This document shows, one piece after another, positions 12,101 through 13,956 of a DNA stretch of 13,956 bases (the stretch's first letter is position 1; each line of letters begins with the position of its first letter). A program made the position numbers and the translations under genes. The notes beneath the pieces are model-generated. The model saw nothing but the letters and a program-made list of their open reading frames with translations, did no database searches and had not been told where the DNA came from. The stretch comes from a bacterium. GTDB lineage: Bacteria > Bacteroidota > Ignavibacteria > UBA10030. The DNA lies in NCBI GenBank assembly GCA_043803945.1, contig JAZDJN010000097.1, positions 1 to 13,956 of the forward strand, in the 5' to 3' direction.

Positions 12101-12198
12101 GTTAAATTTTGTTGTGCAACCAGCATATTGGAGAAGGGTAAGAGACAAGTAACAGCAGCAACAAGGAATGCAACGCGATGAAAGCATGATCGTGCCAT
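1..12198 (-). CDS. Giant multidomain secreted/surface protein, T9SS cargo (open at the left edge; continues in frame into 13832..12639 if the ends are joined, 4463 aa total)
   Basis: Hand translation from ATG 12198 (MARSCFHRVAFLVAAVTCLLPFSNMLVAQQ...) to position 1 (...GVNYQTNGIYALSSLVGITS) shows no stop in 4066 codons. SD AAGGAG lies 9 nt upstream. Recognisable BNR, FN3, LamG and CBM20-like motifs occur throughout. Confidence 0.96.
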   Translation of the reverse strand, partial: MARSCFHRVAFLVAAVTCLLPFSNMLVAQQNLTTVDVKTASSIFGTVDNLNWTTVDIETATSFFRSVDYLPDGTVWLVGCPSPYAPTHYGFRSTDHGVTWTKFSLMDLYGRTSCGITNIAARDANIALVGTAFGDIYRTTDGGAHWTLVCTYPTPGTGFIDGIKFMGNDTVLALGDSDGSGLFVARSTDAGLTWQRLTNLPNEAKTPNYWVSFLSYGQPLDVYGNHAWLTLYQGPGVNPAILRTSDKGETWQFTSVTLPTGSAFNYRFHAISFRDSLFGYGICVRAGSAPNTDNYLIKTTDGGQTWSDTISVQPGINHAEARTFAVKPIRGTNIVYAAGRGSTDAKIWKSTDNGVTWAYVFSTYSNGDFRYLSFLSETQGFAVGDRNAAFLTNKPGAPRNPIAFAGNNQVTITWRKSDDPNFQSYKIYGGTSPHPTTLIETVSGGITDTTKIISSLLNATRYYLRVTAVTALGESQYSYEVSATPYSTPLLGEYVPDGNTVLLLHMNETSGSNVADVSGFGNNGVTGSTIEDGRWGKGRRFSVSGEGFSIPHSPSLNVGTGAYTLETWFNTLGLPNVGGSIIHKRGSNGRGWFMTAQADGRVCVSVYNNGTLLGDQGNTGLFSSRLINDGRWHHLAAVLTQTSMLLYIDGALDTIVPILTQGSPDNDGSLVLGTAAGILDEVRISKVARSPQEFNLQLPPKNLSGTFTGTTSNLSWENGGGSVGLLRYKIYRGADSLSMTLIDSTTQLTYTNTGLTLHATYYYRVSSVDVTAFEGALSYATKVTISDSVLVTFTANTSTVPDTIKLNSFVQIRGTAPFLGPWDVTSQGIMTNIGGDYWRATIKLKPGDSLQYKYFTNVKSSLSVGEENKGWENSILQTPPLWGPNRFLVVGNSDTTLPLEYVNGRTPQPQYWKPYIDQPDSIDVLFRVNMQAQGFTQSNQLVGIRGSTLPLDWGKTIILTKESPHGNGATPYDGTNFWSGSVRFPVTAFASNIEYKFVIIDSNDPLANVSATESITNRILPASASPKDTTLYWKWWNDQPCTPPPTLLGEYSTDANTVLLLHLNESTGTTAVDASGLSNNGTATGTYIGTGAFGKARIFTSGNMINVPASTSLNIGNTNFTIEMRIKSSTVTNQPFLFYKWENESPAIPGFKLFQNMLQPDGRLVFTFSDGSTGVKNISSNSRIDETRWHHVAVVKNGYTYAFYIDGIKEGEQTFNGVGSCANSSPLRIGQGFSGTVIDEVRISNIARTPAEFNLQYTPLNLLAVAGDGNVRLSWDRAKISNFLRYRIYKGILPNLMGQDDYTSAIDDTTKLITGLENGTLKFFRVTADNAALEEFDYLAMASATPMVIPPAPTLVAPENGTGGFLLPGKIAWNPSSGASFYRFQVSAAADFSSLIFDQSGYTGTQFEVYDLAGNTTYYWRVNASSAGGTSAWSTVSSFVTQQILSPPISSQWTFARQFFSGMGGMGVHGVAVDPDGKVWIIPYNPSDSVFTGTMYRKTRAIYVLYPNSTPATFSPIKMITVNSVTDTLYNSSRGLSTDHQGNILFSSFDAVYKIDYKTGQGMNKVIPQPNVTITSSASDAAGNLFVGKVLPGYPIQIFNSAFNSLGNVTSTTTGYSRAIEVSMDGRDVYWPEYSNKKLYKYHSDNSIGGPYSLADSMLTGLAIESITWQNTTGLLWVSSGSATNPPVPPWTKQTWYGFNPSTKQIVDTIGWNPVFGTEQSRPRGIAFSPTGDTAYVACFYSDNASVQMFVRSSILPPPPPLLAGEYRSDANTTLLFHMNETSGSSVGDASGNGNNGTATGTIIVDGRFGKARSFNGTSDGIDLGKSLLSASAPTFTFESWIKMDYYPTPAGDILFNGTSMQTFVSISQRGKLQMGVRMSDGTNRYDSSQVVVPLNTWVHCAGIYDYANGRIIGYLNGLQVFNKNVSGLTPASISSENTKVGQGMNTYFHNGLIDEVRLSNRVRSPQEFSLHLPPKNLLASASGTKIYLSWQDDGGGIGLLRYKIYRGTDSTTLQLIDSTNTTSYLNSTGLTLGTKYFYRISSVDTLGFEGAMSYAVAATAQSGLVISSGLKGLWSQPTTWIGGTVPVSTDCVLIMDNDTVTIDQNFTIGKLTVGGGNSGSLFFNAATLVNCIVNGDITINNGASFRTIGSVGAPGGNLVHTLMLMGNLQSSGFIDFRSGSSNSTLSVCNITFAGNTTTTAYVAGSGWTSTNEFSGIIINKSGTARLKLLSTIYMGTGNSASPLNATSFLELTHGIVETGGNAIVLLFTGGSILGGSDSSYVLGTMGRGMTNGGSYITRLFPVGDEYGYRPVQVRSTTPGTATGHHVLVTALFGNANTGSSTFSNGIDKVSAVRFYKVQYMQGGVGAAQMSFDQFSPSYGLNDGVAANNQNLRVALSENSRSTWIGIGPSIVPYTTALDSLPRLISSDTVRVTTIPNGGTVYVALARALGTTENSLAAGEIPTLLGEYKTDANTMLLMHMNETGGSTVTDASGNSNHGVATGTTIVNGRFGAARWYNGTGDLVEVPNSPTLDIRNAITIEAWVYDEGAGGWAARYDGPIAWDMHRNAFFISRDGSENNALSFSMPVNRWVHVAAVYDGVDQKVYINGLLVAMRSWPGTIASTNSRITIGTHGDQWFKGIIDEMRLSNIARTPQEFNLHLPPQNLTASTNGTTVNLTWQDAGGRTGLLRYRIYRGIDSINVTLIDSTTQTSYANTGVIAGTIYVYRVGAVDSTGFETMSYAKASGIPAPPTLSLPSNGASGVLIPISIIWNASTGAQSYRIQVSTIQDFSSTVYDQSNLIGTGITVTFGGGTTYYWRVNATNSAGTSAWSPVNSFTTQAILPPPVVLGWQFVKTFFNSTIGSGGIHGLAVDPEGKVWITPFNASDSLLTGTGYRKTRVLYVFYPNGTQASFSPIKMITVGGITDTLYNTSRGLTTDHQGNILYSANHILYRIDYKTGQGLNKVIPQPNQVLTAAATDTFGNIFVGKVNPNNPIQVFDAGFNTLGNVAGFSTGYSRSIGVTRDGKDVFWPEYQNTKALIRYHSDNGAAGPYSNMENLFSGLAIESMTRHPVTGYIWVSSGSEFNPPVPPYTKQTWYAFNPVTKQIVDTIGWNMIPGTEQQRPRGIAFSPTGDTCYVGCFNFDGPVVQMFVRSERLPAVVRQVQAHPGDGRIYLLWNSSSQPERFLRFRIYGGTSPNPTTLIDSISTPNETSRYFTGLTNGVQYYYRITIVETDLRESISWNEVSAKPVSRTGSRSVQLWPNSNVRSTDVFATPGNRRTMEAWICPVLMGADEAIIYRRFTSAGTDPYLAMSLQLHRYAAGELPKLEFLVSSGTPGSVVGVNSGATTIPLRGWTHVAGVFSGDTLKVYVNGVEANKVAATASLPALGESRIGINILPAVDKPFYGFIDEVRQWSRARTQTEIQNAINGIEFPSLEQGLISYWKFEENNPPNLSYTPNYGGVLADSAQYRSNAKTELFSPFDPGGPPTLSIAPTSVDFGIYEMGEQRSHGVTLTNSGTGTLVGHSPTGMFLVPAGQNRQHIVYALLTPEGALVSPIEFHSNAPSSPNTIPCTGTVLARKYFDGNNIRTPLKRAGFVTEAFTNGPLLEWPKGSGKRAVYQAGLWLAGQVGGTTASGVAYYRSDFQAGTATGSTPVDPNNAKYRMYKISKGDNASNPDYAQWPADLGAPVNTDGSPKIIGDQTLYTVYNDLNVGNHSYGSMPIGAEVRQTSYGFNSTDALKNTLFIKYRIYNKGAQAWTNAYAGFWNDPDLGNPYDDFVACDINRNLAYVYNGAPTDTSYGSAPPAVGFVYLKGPVTGNPMKAVGYNAAGVAPLVDPNNAQQFYNELQGKRIDGSSHVDPTTSQVTTYPVNGDPVTNTGWIDAGPNDRRLLISCGPFNLTAGDSAEVVIAIVIAQGTSNINSITALRSAVDEVTTFFNGGSIVPPPASWNFALSTGKNATIAIPFAINPKIAATPLKTGDAIGVFFQRDNTLVCGGYSIWQEGQNAAVAVWGDNDQTPLKDGFDDGELIQFKIWDGQAGKEYPATVTYQSGPGVNYQTNGIYALSSLVGITS
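400..1473 (-). other. ~350-aa domain of unknown function, of a type I recall from FCB-group T9SS cargo proteins
   Basis: Motifs DGNNI, EWPKGSGK...GLWLAG, WPADLGAP, GDQT, PIGAEV, FWNDPDLG..DDFVACD, PPAVG, GDPVTNTGWID..PNDRR, GPFNL. Recognised from memory; no family name can be assigned. Confidence 0.55.
1485..1755 (-). other. ASH/choice-of-anchor-D-like Ig domain
   Basis: PTLSIAPTSVDFG...VTLTNSGTGTL...HSNAPSSPNTIPCTG. Confidence 0.65.
1790..2740 (-). other. FN3 followed by a fifth LamG-like domain of a different subtype
   Basis: FN3: IYLLW...IYGGTSPNPTTLIDS...GLTNGVQYYYRI. LamG: TMEAWI...WTHVAGVF...VYVNG...FYGFIDEVRQWSRARTQTEIQ...GLISYWKFEE. Confidence 0.85.
2749..3660 (-). repeat. ~300-aa beta-propeller, copy B
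   Basis: Shares long identical peptides with copy A: FSPIKMITV, TDHQGNIL, IDYKTGQG, NKVIPQPN, TKQIVDTIGWN, RPRGIAFSPTGDT, VQMFVRS. Confidence 0.8.
3685..3963 (-). other. FN3-like domain (PxLxxPxNG...YYWRV type), copy 2
   Basis: PAPPTLSLPSNG...IIWNASTGAQSYRIQVS...TTYYWRVNATNSAGTSAWS...FTT. Confidence 0.8.
3965..4809 (-). repeat. LamG + FN3 module, copy 4
   Basis: LLGEYKTDANTMLLMHMNE...ITIEAWV...WVHVAAVYDG...VYING...FKGIIDEMRLSNIARTPQEFNLHLPPQNL...LLRYRIYRG. Confidence 0.9.
4820..6000 (-). other. G8-like start followed by a probable beta-helix/beta-rich module
   Basis: GLWSQPTTWIGGTVPVSTDCVLI...VTID, then short Gly/Asn-rich strands (LTVGGG, VNGDITINNG, IIINKSG, LELTHGIVETG), then SSYVLG...LFPVGDEYGYRPV. 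Confidence 0.6.
6010..6915 (-). repeat. LamG + FN3 module, copy 3
   Basis: LLAGEYRSDANTTLLFHMNE...WVHCAGIYD...YLNG...LIDEVRLSNRVRSPQEFSLHLPPKNL...LLRYKIYRG...YFYRISSVD. Confidence 0.9.
6940..7845 (-). repeat. ~300-aa beta-propeller (NHL/YVTN-like blades), copy A
   Basis: HGVAVDPDGKVWI, RGLSTDHQGNI, SRAIEVSMDGRDVY, PRGIAFSPTGDTAYV. Aligns end to end with 2749-3660. Confidence 0.8.
7870..8155 (-). other. FN3-like domain (PxLxxPxNG...YYWRV type), copy 1
   Basis: PPAPTLVAPENG...IAWNPSSGASFYRFQVS...TTYYWRVNA...GTSAWS...FVT. Confidence 0.8.
8161..9060 (-). repeat. LamG + FN3 module, copy 2
   Basis: LLGEYSTDANTVLLLHLNE...WHHVAVV...FYIDG...IDEVRISNIARTPAEFNL, then FN3 (VRLSW...YRIY...GLENG...FRVTA). 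Confidence 0.9.
9075..9840 (-). other. Two tandem CBM20-like (starch-binding fold) domains
   Basis: VTFTAN...VQIRG..PFLGPW...DYWRATI...QYKY...GWE...NR, then VLFRVNM...VGIRGSTLPLDW...FWSGSV...EYKFVI...NR. Confidence 0.7.
9841..10731 (-). repeat. LamG (concanavalin A-like) + FN3 module, copy 1
   Basis: LLGEYVPDGNTVLLLHMNE...WHHLAAV...LYIDG...ILDEVRISKVARSPQEFNLQLPPKNL...YKIYRG...YYYRVSSVD. Confidence 0.9.
10741..11016 (-). other. Fibronectin type III domain
   Basis: PGAPRNP...VTITW...YKIY...LLNATRYYLRVTAV...GES. Confidence 0.85.
11030..12050 (-). other. Asp-box/BNR (YCF48-like) beta-propeller domain
   Basis: Six S/T-x-D-x-G-x-T/H-W motifs: STDHGVTW, TTDGGAHW, STDAGLTW, TSDKGETW, TTDGGQTW, STDNGVTW. 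Confidence 0.9.
11991..12110 (-). repeat. Degenerate in-frame 60-bp tandem duplication
   Basis: 11991-12050 vs 12051-12110 match at 43/60 nt by hand count. Peptides are QNLTTVDVKTASSIFGTVDN and LNWTTVDIETATSFFRSVDY. Confidence 0.85.
12115..12198 (-). other. Sec/SPI signal peptide (28 aa), predicted cleavage LVA|Q
   Basis: Basic N-region (R, H, R), hydrophobic core VAFLVAAVTCLL, Ala at -1 and Gln at +1, as is typical of Bacteroidota-type SPI substrates. Confidence 0.8.
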
Positions 12199-12207
12199 GA
12201 CACAATT

Positions 12208-12213
12208 CTCCTT
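12208..12213 (-). promoter_or_regulatory. Shine-Dalgarno sequence
   Basis: Minus strand reads ttAAGGAGaattgtgtcATG, a 9-nt spacer. Confidence 0.85.
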
Positions 12214-12481
12214 AATACAAAGATTTAAAAACTTCCAACACCTCCAACATCATCCCAATGGGATCTCTCTTGCACGAAAACAAGAACTATGTTGAATAGT
12301 AGTGTGGCGCTATAATCTCAGAATATTGGTTTGGAAAGAAACAGAAGAAGGCGATGGTGGGCGGTGAATAGTGTGCACTGTGCGGCACTCGAGAGTCTGA
12401 AAAGTTTGTGTTTGATTCATGACGCCCACCCCCAAAAAATGGGAAACGGAATGACCACGCCGCAGTGTGTTTACATTGAGC

Positions 12482-12510
12482 AAAGTAGAGAAATCGCTTC
12501 AGAGTGTCAA
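12482..12510 (-). promoter_or_regulatory. Putative sigma70-type promoter
   Basis: Minus strand TTGACA (12510-12505), 17-nt spacer, TACTTT (12487-12482), pointing toward the giant gene. Confidence 0.65.
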
Positions 12511-12577
12511 CGATCTGAGTCACGTGAGGAAATATTGACAAATATCGGCGGGAAACGAGCAACCGTCAGGAACAATT

Positions 12578-12615
12578 GTTCATCCCCGGCTGAATGGTCT
12601 CAACCGGGGATGAAC
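12578..12615 (-). terminator. Strong stem-loop after the stop codon (terminator or 3'-stabilising hairpin)
   Basis: Minus strand GTTCATCCCCGGTTGA-gaccat-TCAGCCGGGGATGAAC is a 16-bp stem with one G-U pair that forms only on the sense strand. It starts 23 nt after TAG. The U-tract (AATTGTT) is weak. Confidence 0.65.
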
Positions 12616-12638
12616 CAATAAAGGCAGGGCAATCGACA

Positions 12639-12908
12639 CTATTTCAGGAGGATACACCTCTTTGTTGATGCGAACTCTCCTGCAAGAATCGTATAGAAGT
12701 ACACACCACTCACAAGATTTCTGTTCTGGAATTGTACTGAATAGTATCCCGCTTTCTGCTCGGTGTTGACTAGGGTTACTACTTTTCTGCCGAGAACATC
12801 ATACACTTCCAGAAGCACCTTCATATCCTTCGGCAAAGCATACCGTATCGTTGTCGATGGGTTGAATGGATTCGGATAATTCTGTTCAAGCGCAAACTCC
12901 GTCGGTAT
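12639..12908 (-). other. T9SS type A C-terminal sorting domain (Por secretion tail)
   Basis: IPTEFALEQNYPNPFNPSTTIRYALP...VYDVLGRKV...SGVYFY...KRCILLK is the canonical YPNP...GxY...K pattern. Confidence 0.95.
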
Positions 12909-13956
12909 CGCTTCTACAACTTCATCAATAGTCGCTATCCATACTCCATCGGTTCTATAGCTTACGCTCTTACTCTCATACTCTCCTGTCAATCCGTTAA
13001 GCAGAGTATTGATTTTCAAGACTCGTTCTTTACCCGACCAGGATGTCATCATCAAACTCTCCCCCTCTCCCACTCCTTCTTTCACCCCTTCCGTCATCTC
13101 ATCGTCACCCCAAATTGTGACTAACGCTTTACCATTTGCTACAACTCCGCTTCCCACCAGCTTCTTCTCCTGCGTCCACACACCAATCTCTTCTCCTTCC
13201 TTTACTCCGCTTCCCTCTATTATAAGGATTGCACTGGAGCCAGTATTGTTGTATTCCACTCGATACTTCGTCGGCTCTGGTATCGTTGAAGTGTTCTCTG
13301 TTAATGCTGTCTTCGTCAAGAGAGAGGGTGGCGCCACGGCAGCATTTGCCGGATAGGTGAGTGTCGCCGCACCGGAGAGATACATCTGGTAGCCCTGGCC
13401 AGGTTTCATACTGCCTATCGTGTTTATAGTGAACGCCGGCCAGTACACCTGACCCATATTGTTCTTCGCAATCACTATATTGCTGCCGAGTGTTACCAGA
13501 GCAGAGTCGGCACGCATAGCACTATTCCGTAAGTACGATACTAAATTCCAGCCCTGCGGCATTGCAATCGGGAATTGCTGCGGATTAATCTCTTCACCAA
13601 TCACCGTTAAGGTATCTTTCAATGACATATAGACCTGATACCCATGATACCTCTTCCACTTCCCGATGGTGTTGATTGTAAATGCAGGCCAGTAGACCTG
13701 TCCCAGATTATTCTTCGCAATCACCATCTTCGATTTCACTTTTGCATAGAGTGTATCGAGTGTCGAGTCTTTCGGCGTGACGAAGCTCGAGATCATATTC
13801 CAGCCCTGCGGCAGGACAATACTATGCGCTACACTCGTGATGCCAACGAGTGAGCTTAAGGCGTAGATGCCGTTTGTCTGATAGTTCACTCCCGGTCCGC
13901 TCTGGTAGGTTACAGTTGCTGGATATTCCTTTCCTGCCTGTCCATCCCAGATCTTG
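12639..13956 (-). CDS. C-terminal part of a T9SS type A sorting-domain protein (5'-partial; either the same gene across the junction or an upstream tandem paralogue)
   Basis: The frame stays open past the GTG at 13889 to the window end (KIWDGQAGKEYPATVTYQSGPGVNYQTNG...), matching the translation of positions 1-124. It ends ...LEQNYPNPFNPSTTIRY...SGVYFYTILAGEFASTKRCILLK-TAG. Confidence 0.95.
   Translation of the reverse strand, partial: KIWDGQAGKEYPATVTYQSGPGVNYQTNGIYALSSLVGITSVAHSIVLPQGWNMISSFVTPKDSTLDTLYAKVKSKMVIAKNNLGQVYWPAFTINTIGKWKRYHGYQVYMSLKDTLTVIGEEINPQQFPIAMPQGWNLVSYLRNSAMRADSALVTLGSNIVIAKNNMGQVYWPAFTINTIGSMKPGQGYQMYLSGAATLTYPANAAVAPPSLLTKTALTENTSTIPEPTKYRVEYNNTGSSAILIIEGSGVKEGEEIGVWTQEKKLVGSGVVANGKALVTIWGDDEMTEGVKEGVGEGESLMMTSWSGKERVLKINTLLNGLTGEYESKSVSYRTDGVWIATIDEVVEAIPTEFALEQNYPNPFNPSTTIRYALPKDMKVLLEVYDVLGRKVVTLVNTEQKAGYYSVQFQNRNLVSGVYFYTILAGEFASTKRCILLK
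13350..13826 (-). repeat. Two tandem GWN-type repeats (84-aa period)
   Basis: PQGWNMISS...VIAKNNLGQVYWPAFTINTIG...GYQVY and PQGWNLVSY...VIAKNNMGQVYWPAFTINTIG...GYQMY. The Trp codons are 252 nt apart. Confidence 0.9.
13833..13956. repeat. Terminal direct repeat, copy 2 (124 bp)
   Basis: Exact match to 1-124. It lies inside coding sequence and is read in the same codon phase. Confidence 0.98.

Noticed and set aside
12535-12565. Plus-strand TTGACA as a divergent promoter
   Set aside because: No plausible -10 hexamer at 16-18 nt spacing.
12287-12621. ORFs 12287..12562 (-) and 12331..12621 (+) in the spacer
   Set aside because: Both use TTG starts, overlap the promoter, and give no recognisable protein. 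A small leader peptide is not formally excluded.
12578-12638. Integron attC site, which would make the unit a gene cassette
   Set aside because: No RYYYAAC...GTTRRRY boxes flank the hairpin, there are no extrahelical bases, and the size is far beyond typical cassettes.
12199-12638. CRISPR array, tRNA or rRNA
   Set aside because: No regularly spaced repeats, cloverleaf or rRNA signature in the only non-coding stretch.
11991-13826. Diversity-generating retroelement TR/VR pair among the short repeats
   Set aside because: No reverse transcriptase is present, the mismatches are not adenine-specific, and both copies are in-frame coding.
13887-13889. GTG start for the 416-aa ORF
   Set aside because: The frame is open upstream to the window end, there is no signal peptide, and the same codon is an internal Val at 55-57.
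1-13956. Plasmid, phage or transposon with terminal repeats
   Set aside because: No rep, integrase, transposase, terminase or capsid genes and no iteron array. The repeat is ordinary coding sequence.

Overview
The window is almost entirely one giant minus-strand gene that the ORF track missed because it runs off the left edge. Hand translation gives ATG at 12198 (Shine-Dalgarno AAGGAG) and no in-frame stop down to position 1 (4066 codons). The first 124 bp are identical to the last 124 bp (13833-13956), and joining them puts this ORF in frame with the 12639-13956 ORF, which ends in a type IX secretion (T9SS/Por) type A C-terminal domain. The window therefore closes into a 13,832-bp unit carrying one ~4463-aa secreted protein plus a 440-bp spacer (hairpin, sigma70-type promoter, long leader). 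Domain order: signal peptide, Asp-box/BNR propeller, FN3, LamG-FN3, 2x CBM20-like, LamG-FN3-FN3, propeller, LamG-FN3, G8-like/beta-helix module, LamG-FN3-FN3, propeller, FN3, LamG, ASH-like Ig, an unnamed ~350-aa domain, an Ig-like/GWN-repeat cassette and the CTD. No replication, integrase, transposase or phage genes are present. The source is probably FCB group (Ignavibacteria/Calditrichota/KSB1-like; inference). Sequence alone cannot tell a real circle from a collapsed tandem duplication or a tandem array of paralogues sharing an identical segment. Domain calls come from motif recognition, not database searches.
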